The translations under genes were made by a program, and so were the position numbers. This document shows positions 26,776-39,639 of a stretch of DNA of 55,822 bases, in pieces. The stretch is from Macrostomum lignano. Lineage: Eukaryota. The notes beneath the pieces were generated by a model. It did not search any database. It was given only the letters and a program-made list of their open reading frames with translations, and was not told the origin of the DNA. The stretch covers positions 1 to 55,822 of the forward strand of contig NIVC01003189.1 in NCBI GenBank assembly GCA_002269645.1, read 5' to 3'. Each line of letters begins with the position of its first letter. Within the stretch, counting starts at the first letter, position 1.

Positions 26776-29159
26776 TCCGAATTCAGTTGGCGGTCGCTGC
26801 AGCTGTGAATTGCTGCAACCGGGCGGGACGAAATGTCTGCGCAAAGCTCGGATCCTCTTTTTAATCGTAATAGCAATCGAAACTTTCCCACTGCCTCATT
26901 CCTCTCAACTGGTGGTTTGGAGGGCCGGGCGGGAAGTGTGGCATGGAGCCTTCTTCAATTGGCTGGCCAAGACTGAGGCTTTCCCGGCCAATCTATCTAT
27001 AGCTTGGATTTGCAGAGGGGAGGGCTGCCAGTGCCCAGTGGTTTCAGCTTAGCCTGCCGTCTGCGCCCCCCTCCACCCCCAGACTCCTGAGGATGAGGAT
27101 CAGGCTTAGACAATCGTAATGCATCCTGGCAGAGAGGCGCGCCAAAGGGAGAAGGCACGGGCAAGTTCGGGGGTTGGTATCTATGGCACGGCGATAAGGA
27201 AAGACAGCTGCTGCTGGGGTGGACCGCCTCGCGCGTGCAAAAACTTTTGAAAGGAAAACTATAAGGCAAATATCTCCCCTTGGGTTACCAGAATCTCTAC
27301 CCATGCAGCTATACTGCAGTAGTACAGCAGTAGCGGCGCAACGTTATAAATCATTAAATTCGCTCTCTCCCATTCGCGTTTTGATGCGTTTATATGGTCC
27401 AGATGGCAAACCTAATGCGTAGTGTTCCACTTACAGTATGTGTGCGTTTGTGTGTGCAACCCATGGAACAGCCGGAACCTCAAATACCGCTGCAATTCAT
27501 AATGTTTACTGTACTATGATTTGGCCGAAGCGTTTGCAGCAAGCTTTAATCCTGAATTGTCACTCGATACGCTCGTATAAGCGCTGACCCAACATATGCA
27601 CACAGGATATTTGCATGCGCCACGTGGTCAGAAAGAACTTTCAGCTCCAAGTCAGAAGGATTGTTTAAGCAGACATAAACGTTGTTTGCTCGGTAATGTC
27701 ACTTTTAGTGTTGCTAGGATTTTCCAGGATTATGGTTCTGTTGCTGTGAGCAGGCACGTGAGTTAGTAATTGGACCACGAAGTTTAACATGCATGTATTA
27801 TGTCATGTACTGTAGCTTCTTGAAAGATATACATGCATGTACGAGGATCACAAGTATAGAAAAAGACAAGAATTTATACTTAAGTCTTGTTTGGTGGCCT
27901 TAAAGTTCTATGAGCTCTGCTCGCACATGTATTATACTCGTGCAGACCCCAATCTGGCCCAATTCGCAAGATAAGTTAACAATTTTTTATTATATAAGCT
28001 ACATTAATGCTAAAAACACCAAATAAAGCATTTTGTAGACTTCTGTATCGCTGGAAAACAAATTTAAGCATGTGGGTTAATTTAATATTGCTTCACACAA
28101 TTGTTTCTGAAATATATCTGGCATGTAAATAAAAATTGAAACCTCGAAATTGTCGTTATTGTGAAATTCAGTTGTGAATACCCACTGCACTACTATGCCA
28201 GCTACGTAGGATACGAGTATATATAGTTGCTTGATGATAGTAGTATATTAATAATATTATAGGAGCTTCTTTGAATGCTCGGCTCTTCAATTAAGTGATT
28301 ATATTTAATTATTATTTTAAATTTTATATTACTGTATGTACATTTAGCGTGGTGCAATAATGTACATGCATACACATTTTATGAACAATTCGAACATTAT
28401 ACTGCTACTCCGTCACTATACATGTATATGATCAATTACTCCCTTCACATGTACTTATACCTTTTTCTCCAGCTGAAGTGCTCTATTTGTATGCAATCAT
28501 AATAGCATTCGCGATTGGCAGTACTGTAATAATTTATCTTACAAATGCACCGTTTTTGTCGAATCAGCTACTGTATATTGAGCTTTAATGAGAATTGCAC
28601 CCGACGAATCAGTGTGGTTTTCTTTAGGCAGCGTTCCATCTAATGTTCCATCTAATGTGTACATACACGTACATACATGTACATGCACAAAAAACTTTCG
28701 CAAATTGGGGTTAAAAGGGAAGTAGTTCATAATATACAATAGCTCATTCTCGTCGCTGAAAATTGATATTTTGCGTGTGGTACATTTCCACTTTTAGTTC
28801 CGGGTAGAAAACTGGGAAAAAAAAACAAAAAATACCAACAATAATGATCAATAGTAGTTAAACACAAGTATTATTTACAATAACGCTTTCATAAATTGAT
28901 TTTAATTGCTTCCAATATTATAAAATGTAGTAATTTCTATTCTTAAGAGTTCTTTTAAAAACAAAAAGGAAAACAAATTTCTAAGAAACGATCCGAATGA
29001 ACTTTTACAGTACTCGGTATACAGACAGTACACTAACACTAACTAATGAGTCAATGACTTACATTTGCCTGCCTGCATGGCAGTGTGCGTGCCTGCTGCC
29101 TCTTTCCATATCATTGTATCACGTGTGCGTGTATTATGAAATCGAACTGTTGTCTAGGA

Positions 29160-32100
29160 ACTAATACTTGCCTTGTTTGAGGAGGCCTAGTGTATCACTT
29201 GATTTGGGCTATGTTATAATGAATATTGATAATAAGTGTTCTGGCTTTGGCTTATATTTTTTCCCAAGATGAAAATCCTAGCTATGTCTATGCCACTAGA
29301 AAAATTCTAAATTATATATATGATGATTAATTGATTAAAGCATAAAATTAAACTTAAAAATTAAATGCTTATGTTATACTTTACTTATAAGACCTAATCC
29401 TAATGCACAAATTTTGATTCTTGAAAAAACATTTTTGTAGGTCTAGTTCAAGAAGTTCTAAAAAATTAGATTAGGCCTACCTAAAAAGTATTGACATTAT
29501 ATTTAAGCCTTCAAATTACAAAAAGAAATTCTAACACTTTTTGATTAGAACATAGCATCATAAGGCTAAGCTACTATAATAGTAAGAGTATGCTATGCAA
29601 TGATAGGCACTACTGAATTTATTTTTAGCACCACTAATTAGTGCTGTTGCTAACTGATAGAAGAAAAAAATTAGTGATTGCTAATAGTAGGCACTATTTC
29701 TACTTTGAATTTAGCGCAATTAGTGCTACTAATTCTGAAATGCACTAATTAATAAATATATTTAGTATAAACTGCTATTTCATACATATTTATGAATTTT
29801 TGCACATTTTCAACTCACACATTTTAAATGAATAAGGCAAGCTAATAATGCTATTGCTTAAAATTTGTTTTTATTATCAATCTTAATAAAAAATCCTTAG
29901 GCTTAGGCCACTAAACTGTCAGAGCAATAGTTAGTAGAAAAAGTTCCTAAATTACAATGCTGTTTGCCTTAAAATTGTCAAGGGCCCTTGCTAATGGGGC
30001 CATGGCCTTCTTATACTTAAAAAAGGCAAGATCATTAGCTTGAAATAGTGGTATGGGATTTATTAATCCCACTACCACCTTGTTGATATAGCCAATTGCT
30101 TCACATCATCGCTTAGAATATCAACTGATATGAATGTTGAATTCTTTGATCAAATTATTAAATGAAATTAAATTAATCAACAACTTTTTGCTAACAAATT
30201 AAAAGTAGTAAAAAAACTTTAAAAAGTCAATGACAAAAACATAATTAATTATTGATAACAAAAGTGAAAAAAAGAAATTCAAATTTTGTTATGCATTTCT
30301 AAGAAAATTAGAAACATATTAAAGATTAAATATACATTGATTTGCGTAATCTTTATCTTATTGCTAAAATAAGGTCTCATTTTAAGTATTAAACAGTCAT
30401 TAACCGTTTAGTTTTATAGCAAAAAATGAATTTAGTGCAATTAGTGATTTTGAGAAAATATTAGTGGCACTTTGATAGCGCGCACTAATTGGAATTTCAA
30501 TTTAGTAGAATTAGTGGCACTAACAAAACATTAGCAGCACTTTAGTGGAATTCAAATTTAGCGGCGCTAGTGTCCATCACTGATGCTATATATGCTAAAT
30601 TAAAAGAATAATCATTTTAAGTGGTGTAAAAGTGTAAAGCCAATAAAAAATTTTTACATGTCCTTAGTACCCCCCTTAGCTAGGCTTATACCTCTGTTCA
30701 TTGCCTTAGATTCAATACAATGATTGATTAGGCCATAGTTCAGAAAGCAATATGTATGCCAGGATTCTATCAGGATCCTGGCATACAACAAGGGTCTTAC
30801 CATTGTTTAACATATATCAAAGTATATTCCATTGTATACGACATAGCAGATACATTATGTCAAATGACAATTTTTTATATTGGCATACAAACCTGGTATA
30901 CAAACAAGGTCTCATCATTTTTTCTAGCATTAAACCCAGTGTACACTAATATACAATCCAAACTGGTGATTAGGCCTATGTATATCTTAAAGAATGCTTT
31001 TTCTTATCTTTTTAGTATGCTTTTATCTAGAAAAGAACTATATAGACTAGGACTATAAAGAATATTAATATAATTATAATTATATAACAGAAGTCATTGT
31101 GTTTTAAATTTAAAGATATTTTCAAAATCTTTTAAGATTTCATAATCATCCTATAAATAATTTTCCTGGCATATAACAAGGGTCTTACTATTTTTCAGCA
31201 TATATTAAGGTATATCCCAGCATATATGACACAGCAGATACATTGTGTCAAATAACAATTTTTTGTATTTGTACACAAACCCAGCATACAAACAAGGTCT
31301 TGTAATTTTTTCTGGCATTAAACCCAGCATATACTAATATACAATCTGAACTATGGTCTTATTAAAGATCTAATTAAGTCTTTTATAAACTTTCAAATTT
31401 AACAATGTTTTTTTGTCTTTCTATTACATCTTATTTGCCTAAATAAAAAAGTAGTTTATTTTTCAAAGTTAGTCAAGTAACATAAAAAAGTTACAAATAT
31501 TTTTAGCTTTGTTATTTTTGTAGACAGTATTATAAAGTTTTTGCTATTTTGGTTTTATTAGATTTATTCTTATCAATAAACTAAAGATAAGAAGACTAAA
31601 AATGACATATTAATATTGATAGAAATTGTCTAAGAAAATAGTTATAATTATATTAATAAGACAAAATACTTATAAAAAGCCTAGTTTTAGGCAAAAATAA
31701 TTACAATGTCCAATAGTCAAAATATTTTAGGCCTACAAAAATAATTAAAAATTAGGTTTATGGGCACATTTTCACAATTTTTTTGTTTTAGCTAGTAGTA
31801 TTCCACCATAGCTATGGCTAAGGCTATAGGATCCTATGGCAAATATGGTCAAATAGGTGCCTATAGCAGCTATAGATATAGGTTAACTAAATAACTTATT
31901 AAGTTGTAGAGGGTTTTTTGCAATGTAAATTTGAGGGCTCTAAACATGTTCTATGATTGTGCCATTTGTTACAATAGGGCTTCATGGAAAGTACTTATTT
32001 TGCCAAAAAATATCTTGTTTCCAGTAAAATTGATTACAATTTAAAATACTTTTTTGTGCAGATAATTTATCCTCAAAGAAACTGAGATTTCCCCATCATA

Positions 32101-32250
32101 TACATTTCAATTTGGCAGTAAAAAAACAGAGAAATCTACAAAAACTAGCAAAAGTGCATATCAATGTCCCAAGGTCATTAAACAGTTTATTTTAAGCTAG
32201 GAAACCATTTTTTACCAATAAAAGTATTTGAAGTCAAGCTATTCCCAACT
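29160..32250. mobile_element. AT-rich, CpG-depleted transposon relic block (boundaries approximate)
   Basis: Abrupt composition change; roughly ten CG dinucleotides by eye in ~3.1 kb; contains a nested MITE and a ~190 bp diverged direct duplication. Confidence 0.6.
29598..30582. mobile_element. hAT-type non-autonomous element (MITE), decayed
   Basis: Imperfect TIRs caatgataggcacta / tagtgtccatcactg; 8-bp TSD atgctatg (29590-29597) vs atgctata (30583-30590); many subterminal tagtgc/gcacta motifs. Confidence 0.7.
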
Positions 32251-32352
32251 TTCCCAAAAGGTGTCTATCTTGACGTTTTATGCCAAAAGCTCAAACAAAT
32301 CTACCCAAAATTTCAACCCTCTGCACTGATTCAGCTACAGCAGAGCAAAGAA

Positions 32353-32781
32353 ATGGGCACATTCTTAGGCCACCTGCTGCCGGGCGCATTCTTCCTGCTA
32401 TTTGCGCTGTGGTGGCTCTACTCCGTGCTCAGCCGTTACTACAGGGCTAAGTACAGGCGGGGCCCAGCCTACCGGTCCACTGTAGTTTATCCCTGCTGCT
32501 GCTGCTGCGTCCGTCTGCCCTTAGAGGGCTTTATAAAAATGATCTGCTGCGGCATCGGCTTTACAGCCGAGCTCGTAACTGCATTTGAAAATCGCCAATT
32601 CACCTTCTTTGGCAATGGGCAGCACGCCACCATGTACGCCTGCTTTGCCATGTCGGGCTTAGTTGACATCCTGGCGCATTGCAAAGCTCCACTGCCGCCT
32701 GGCACAGACTATGCAGTCTGCCTGATGGCCTTCTGCGTAGAGGCCATCCTGTTCACCTTCCATCTGCACGGCCGCACTCAG
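32353..32781 (+). CDS. TMEM45B: TMEM45-family (DUF716) membrane protein, exon 1 (143 codons)
   Basis: MGTFLGHLLPGAFFLLFALWW, QHATMY..F and FHLHGR motifs; donor cag|gttaga. Confidence 0.93.
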
Positions 32782-32850
32782 GTTAGATGTCGGGCATTTT
32801 GTAGTTTTAAACACTATGAGTGTTCGTGTCCTGACACCAAGAAACATGAA

Positions 32851-33914
32851 CTTCAGAAACCATAAATTTGACAATGTCAGACTACACTTAAGCCTTCAGA
32901 AACCATAAATTTGACAATGTCAGACTACACTTAAGCCTTCAGAAACCATAAATTTGACAATGTCAGACTACACTTAAGCCTTCAGAAACCATGAATTTGA
33001 CAATGTCAGACTACACTTAAGCCTTCAGAAACCATGAATTTGACAATGTCAGGCTACACTTAAGCCTTCAGAAACCATAAATTTGACAATGTCAGACTAC
33101 ACTTAAGCCTTCAGAAACCATGAATTTGACAATGTCAGACTACACTTAAGCCTTCAGAAACCATGAATTTGACAATGTCAGACTACACTTAAGCCTTCAG
33201 AAACCATAAATTTGACAATGTCAGACTACACTTAAGCCTTCAGAAACCATAAATTTGACAATGTCAGGCTACACTTAAGCCTTCAGAAACCATAAATTTG
33301 ACAATGTCAGACTACACTTAAGCCTTCATAAACCATGAATTTGACAATGTCAGACTACACTTGAGCCTTCAGAAACCATAAATTCGACAATGTCAGACTA
33401 CACTTAAGCCTTCATAAACCATGAATTTGACAATGTCAGACTACACTTAAGCCTTCAGAAACCATAAATTTGACAATGTCAGGCTACACTTAAGCCTTCA
33501 GAAACCATAAATTTGACAATGTCAGACTACACTTAAGCCTTCATAAACCATGAATTTGACAATGTCAGACTACACTTAAGCCTTCAGAAACCATGAATTC
33601 GACAATGTAAGACTACACTTAAGCCTTCAGAAACCATGAATTTGACAATGTCAGACTACACTTAAGCCTTCAGAAACCATGAATTTGACAATGTCAGACT
33701 ACACTTAAGCCTTCAGAAACCATGAATTTGACAATGTCAGACTACACTTAAGCCTTCAGAAACCATAAATTCGACAATGTCAGACTACACTTAAGCCTTC
33801 AGAAACCATAAATTTGACAATGTCAGACTACACTTAAGCCTTCAGAAACCATAAATTCGACAATGTCAGACTACACTTGAGCCTTCAGAAACCATAAATT
33901 TGACAATGTCAGAC
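32851..33914. repeat. Intronic minisatellite, 43 bp unit (cttcagaaaccataaatttgacaatgtcagactacacttaagc); resumes at 34523-34582
   Basis: Period 43 measured; interrupted by a MITE. Confidence 0.96.
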
Positions 33915-34522
33915 CAGTGGCGTAGCCAGGAATTTCAATTGGGGACGGGGCCGGGTTGGTCTGGCTGGCCATGCCTTATGCCATTGCCACTTTTGGCGCC
34001 GCAGGTGCTCATTTTGGCGCCGCAGGCACCCATTTGGCGCCACAGGCTCTCATTTTGGCGCCGCAGGCACTCATTTGGCGCAACAGGCACTCATTTTGGC
34101 GCCGCAGGCACTCATTTGGCGCCGCAGGCACTCATTTTGGCGCCGCAGGCACTCATTTGGCTCCACAGGCACTCATTTTTGCGCCGCAGGCACTCATTTG
34201 GCGCAACAGGCACTCATTTTGGCGCCGCAGGCACTCATTTGGCGCAACAGGCACTCATTTTGGCGCCGCAGGCACTCATTTGGCGCCACAGGCACTCATT
34301 TGGCGCCACAGGCACTCATTTTGGCGCCGCAGGCACTCATTTGGCGTCACAGGCACTCATTTTGGCGCCGCAGGCACTCATTTGGCGCCACAGGCACTCA
34401 TTTTGGCGCCGCGGAACTCAATTGCCTCCTGGTTTTTGGTATCCGCCGCGCCCAACCCCACCCCCCAGGCGATTTGGGGGGGCCTCGGCCCCCCGCCCCC
34501 CCCCCCCCTGGCTACGCCACTG
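33915..34522. mobile_element. hAT-type MITE (608 bp) with an internal 20/21-bp tandem array
   Basis: Perfect 16-bp TIRs cagtggcgtagccagg / cctggctacgccactg; exact 8-bp TSD tgtcagac at 33907-33914 and 34523-34530. Confidence 0.93.
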
Positions 34523-34678
34523 TGTCAGACTACACTAAGCCTTCATAAACCATAAATTTGACAATGTCAGACTACACTAAGCAGATAGAAGACTTCATAC
34601 AGCCAATTAATAATTTTCATCTCCGCGAAAGGAATCTGAACAGAGTGAGAACTTGAATCCATCTATAATTTATCTCAG

Positions 34679-34825
34679 ATTGACGTGGTCCTGCACACCC
34701 TGCTGGTGTACACGGTCTGGTGCTGCGTGCTGGCACTGCTGCTAGAATTGCGCAGGCCCCGGTCTCCGCTGCCAGCCCTGGCCCGCTGCTTTTTCACCGC
34801 CCTGCAGGGCAGCTGGTTTATCCAG
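34679..34825 (+). CDS. TMEM45B: TMEM45-family protein, exon 2 (IDVVLHTLLV...ALQGSWFIQ, 49 codons)
   Basis: tctcag acceptor and gtacga donor; DV..H.LL and QGSWF.Q motifs; phase 0/0. Confidence 0.92.
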
Positions 34826-34897
34826 GTACGAGACTGCTGATCGCGTTTCTTATCGATCTACCGCAAATTAGACTTTAGCCAGGCAAAACCACTGATA

Positions 34898-35098
34898 CTG
34901 GAATAACCAGATGGGCCACTCAGCACATTTGCGTATAAACTACTTTCAGTTCAGTAGTAAGTTAAACAGAAGCATTTTAATGTATTTTTAAAGCCAAGGC
35001 TCATTTATTGGCTCTTATCCCCCCACAGCTTAAACCCCCCCCCAACCGCGCCTTTCCACTAAGTATCCATGCCTGAGTGGCCCATCTGGTTATTTTAG
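34898..35098. mobile_element. Small MITE with ~26-30 bp TIRs and TA flanks (Tc1/mariner-like)
   Basis: gatactggaataaccagatgggccactcag (34894-34923) pairs with 35073-35102 with two mismatches; TA on both sides. Confidence 0.75.
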
Positions 35099-35767
35099 TA
35101 TCTGTGGGCAAAACTGGGGGTACTGCACAGCCCGTTGAAAAAGGATACCGTGACAAGAATCGCAAAGAGTCATTGCAATCAACTCACTAGTGACCCTAGC
35201 GACCCTGGTGTGACTCTTGTGAATTTTTAACAACTCAAACGACTGAAATGCCACGTAGTAGAGGCGACTTTTGAGGCAGGACCAGTCGTCCAAGAGTCGT
35301 TGTGTTAGCGCTAAACTCTCTACTAACTCAAGTAGGCAAAATAGAGTTGTTGTAAATGCGAAATGCGATTTTAATTCGTTCTAAGTGACGCATATGCGCT
35401 CTACGGCAGTAAAAATATTACATACCCCAATTTTCAATTGCACATTTTCCAATTACAAATTAAATATTAAGGTACCAAACCAAATGGTAGGGTATTCTAC
35501 AGGAATTCTAGCTATACAGTCTACACTGCACCGCACCCACAAAGAACGGAAGAAAAGAGCTTAATTTCAATCAACCAAGTTGGCCAAAAAACTTTTCGAT
35601 GTATTTCTGCATTACAAGAATAAAGGCAACACTTAGTGACCAGCCAGACACAAAGAGACACATTGTGACAATTGGCGAGCAAGGCGAGCAACGCGCGGGA
35701 GGCGCACAGCGAATAAGCGACCTCCAAACCCAAAGCGAGCAAGCGATCAAAAGCAGAAGGCTGGGAG

Positions 35768-36130
35768 CTAAAACAAAGCAGAGACACTACCGGCAAAAGT
35801 CACAGCAGCCTCCGCTGTCTGGTGAAACTGGGGGAGATAACGCTGCACAGCCTCACTTCTCCAGTCACCAATGTGCATGATATCAGACACTGGGAGGCCT
35901 AGCACAGACGCCCAGATAGCTCCTCCTCGTCGCAGACTGTGCGCGGAGTAAGATCCTGGTCGAACGCCGGCTGCGGCAAACTTGTCACGGAGGAAGCAGT
36001 CCAGGTGCTTCCCAGTCAGCAGGCGCAAGCCGCCACTTCCATCGGCGTAGGACCAGAGCGGTGACTCCGGGTGGGGGCCACACAGATGCACAGAGACCGC
36101 AAGGGCCGGGCTGATCACTAAAGCCGGTTT
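35768..36130 (-). pseudogene. C-terminal fragment of a DIRS/Ngaro-type tyrosine recombinase
   Basis: YSAHSLRRGGA...GL...I...GDWRSEAVQRY carries the H-x-x-R, W and Y catalytic motifs; N-terminal half not recognisable; no RT nearby. Confidence 0.8.
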
Positions 36131-37108
36131 GCACAGGCGCAAGCACCCATGCAAACCAAAGCATTGTGTTGCAAAGCGTCGTAGGCAAAAATACGCACGC
36201 CGAAACTCATTTCCTCGACGTGGCCCACAACCAAGAACACGCGTTAAAAAGAATCGGAGGCTACCACCACGAGTCAGTTTGAAATACAAATAAGACAACA
36301 CCCAAATACCGCAATGACCAGTCCAAGGGTCCTGAATAGCAAAGCGACTGCGAGCTGGCTGGAAGGGTAAGGGAGGCAAAAAGTGTTTTCATAGGATTCG
36401 TAGGATTCTTGGAAAGAGGAGAGAAAAAGGAGAGTATTTTGCTAGAACCAATCTACTACCGACCGAACAGGACATATATTTGGTTCAAAAAGATCAGTAG
36501 TCAAAATCAACGCTACTCATTACCAGTAGGCAATAGCCAATTCAAGCGAGCCAATAGGATTCCCTGGATATGGGCTGCACCCACAGATACTAAAATAATA
36601 CGTAAAATAAAAAATTAACATAGAAATCTAATTTTCTGAACGAAAAGCTTTATAAATATCGATAGAGCAATAAAAAAGGCACAACATATCAAAAGATCAA
36701 CACTGGATCTGCCTCCTATCAAAAGTAATAGCAATTTTTGTGCTCAAAAAATGAAAATTTCCTATCTCCGTAGTGTATTTTTTTCGGGAAAAAGTGCCTT
36801 CAAAAATTTTCTAAGAAACGAGGTTTCCCGTCCTTCTACTTAAGTGGTCCTTGATTTTTACATTGATCATTAATCTGTATTACATGGATTTGCACGATCA
36901 ACCCTTGTGTGAAAACTGTTACTTTAGAATGCTACATACACAGAGCTTTAATGCTATAGAGCTTTAATACTGAACTTTACCCCCTAAGAGGAAAGAGGAG
37001 ATGAGAGAAGAAATAAACCCTGAGCGGGCAGGATTGCTAATTGTGAAGTCTCGTATGCCGGAGTTTGGTGACACAGAAAGCTATTAATTAATTTTAATCA
37101 CATCGCAG

Positions 37109-37408
37109 GTAGGCGCAATGCTCTACCCGCCTGTACCGTGGCTTCGCCAATTCCAATTAACAAAAGCTGAACACGACAGCATCATGTTGGCCACTGTGAT
37201 ATTCGCTTGGCACGGCCTGGCCATATTCATATTTGCCCTGTGCCTGGCCATGCTCATCAGCCGCTATCACGCTCGCCGGGGTCCTATGGACGGCGGTGAT
37301 AGGCGAGAGGTCAGCATGGAGCGGCTGATTAAATCTGACGGACAGAGCGGCCGAGGCGGCGGCGCCAGCGGCGTTGGAGTCGATGATGATGACGAGGATA
37401 GCGACTAG
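37109..37408 (+). CDS. TMEM45B: TMEM45-family protein, exon 3 (VGAMLYPP...DDDDEDSD stop); total 291 aa
   Basis: cgcag acceptor; G..LYPP and F.WH motifs; acidic C-terminus; TAG at 37406-37408. Confidence 0.92.
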   Translation, partial: VGAMLYPPVPWLRQFQLTKAEHDSIMLATVIFAWHGLAIFIFALCLAMLISRYHARRGPMDGGDRREVSMERLIKSDGQSGRGGGASGVGVDDDDEDSD

Positions 37409-38663
37409 CGACTCTGATCTGAGCTGTCAAGGAGGTCCGATAGTGAGAGGTCGACACAACAATTTGTGAAATAATTGATAAGAAGATAGACAATACTACA
37501 ATATACTAGAAGTCTAGGATTTATCACACAGCCAATCAAGTGGATAATTTTGTTAAAAATCAGCACTTGTCAGCGATGAAGTTTCTGTTGCCAGAATACT
37601 TGCTTTGAAATTCTCTACTTGATTATCTTTTAGTCCCTAACAGCTGGCTTGGCCAATACAATTCTTGACCATAGACAATAGTTCAGACTTGATTGGCTGA
37701 ATTATCACTGTGTGTATAGTTAAACAGATGTACATCGCTTGTTACTAAAAATAGATGCGCAGAATTGCTCATCGTGTTGCTAAAAATAGACAGTGTAAGT
37801 AACATGGTATGAGGATTTACCCTCAATAGACTAACTCAAATGTACGCAGTAATATCTAATCTGTTTTTAACATCAGAACTATAAACGTACACTTGCAAAA
37901 CCAAAACAAATGCTAGAAATGTTTTTGTATTGTGTTGTTGATCATTTTTTAATCGCTGTGTATTGTTGTCCTCCTTGATTTTTATACAATTGGAGCAAAC
38001 CTTTTGTTTCTATATTGTATAGTGCATTTTTTTAAATTGAAGTTTTAGAAGACGCAGAGTTTTTTATTTGAACTTCTGCGTGTGAAATTTTCTCCAGCGT
38101 CTTGTTGTATTGCTAAACGCGGTGATGGCGATATTCAATCTTGTCCCCGAATGCTTCCATTAAATTTGTTGTTTATCCTTGTATAAGCTTTCATCTTTTT
38201 GTTGCAATATTAGATTAAATACTATGCCGAATATTATATTGTTACTCTTCAAATTTCTAGCTTATTGTGCGCAGTTTACTCCTTGGCAGTAGTATATACT
38301 CATATTTGTTTTGACGCGCGTATTTGGATGTCGTCTTCCGCATCTATTCATAGCTAAGCCCAGCCCCCCCCCTAGCTCACAGTGCGGTCTAGTCTAGTCT
38401 AGTCTGGCTTTTTGTCTTTTTTTAACCCAATTGCATGATTTTTCCTGTTCTTGTTTTTGGCGTTTTTACTTGGTGATCAGGTTTCATCAGCTAGTCTGTG
38501 CTTTTATTGGTGTGCAGCTTTTTATTTTTATTATCAGTGTTTACTGATCCTTAAATATAATATTATACTGCTAATATTGTGTGCCGTATATCTTATCGAT
38601 TATTACCAGTATTCATTGTCGAGTTATTCACTTTATATAGTCTGGTTTAATTTTTTTTGACAT

Positions 38664-38915
38664 GGGTGGCGGAGTGAGGTTGGTGGCGGCGGAGTGAGGT
38701 GGGCGGCGGAGTGAGGTGGGTGGCGGAGTGAGGTGGGCGGCGGAGTGAGGTGGGCGGCGGAGTGAGGTGGGTGGCGGAGTGAGGTGGGCGGCGGAGTGAG
38801 GAGGGTGGCGGCGGATTGGGGTGGGCGGAGGCAGTGTAAGGTGGGCAGCGGTGGAGTGAGAAGGGTGGCCTCGGTGTGAGGAGGGTCGCGGTGGAGTGAG
38901 GTGGACGGCGGCCGC
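38664..38915. repeat. G-rich short-unit repeat (gggcggcggagtgaggt-like)
   Basis: Direct observation; lies between convergent 3' ends. Confidence 0.88.
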
Positions 38916-39359
38916 GTGTGCAATTTGATTAATTTATGATGCTAGCTCGTATTTGCTCTCAAAAAAATAATAAAAGTCGAAGTGAGCTGAATTATAATGC
39001 TAGTTAGAATAATAGAGTTAAGAAACAGTGTTTATTGCCGAAAAGAAAAATTTAGACATTGAGTATTTAATTTTTTTTTGGTTTAGATTCAAAATTAGAA
39101 ATTCCCTCTGTTTTGTTTAAAAAATACCAATTATAGCGTCAAGATAGTACTAAAAGTATTTATAATTCGAGATAAGAGAAGTACTTTCCGTTTGTTGTGC
39201 AGAAAGTTTTTTAAGTTTTCAATTGCATAGCAAAGTTTCATAGCATTATTCTCTTAAAAAAGAGTTTTTTTTAAAAAATCCGGTAAAATGTCCTTGCTAC
39301 TTAGAGTAACTAATCAATTCAAATCGAAATTCCTATGTTAATCTGCGGTCTCTCTGCGA

Positions 39360-39499
39360 TCACATGTAGATCTTCCGCCTCGGGTCCGCGTCATCCTCGG
39401 TGCGGTGTCTCCACTGCGCGTTGGCCGTCCCAAGGATGACTTCCAGTTGCAGGATGCGCAGGTTCAGCTCCTCGAAGTCCTCCTCTACCTGCTCGCTGC
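39360..39499 (-). CDS. Polycystin/PKD-like channel gene, terminal exon (SEQVEEDFEELNLRILQLE...RKIYM stop)
   Basis: ttgcag acceptor in phase 1 matches the previous exon; coiled-coil-like heptads; TGA at 39362-39360; AATAAA on minus strand at 39031-39036. Confidence 0.75.
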
Positions 39500-39639
39500 C
39501 TGCAATTTGGTAAATAGATGGAGGATATAGTGCATGTATGCATGCAGCTTGTAGGGATTGTTTACCTTCAGCCTGTGCATCTTCGATGGCAGCTGAAGAT
39601 CAGAAATGGAGAAGAGGCTACCAGATAATCTGGATGAAA

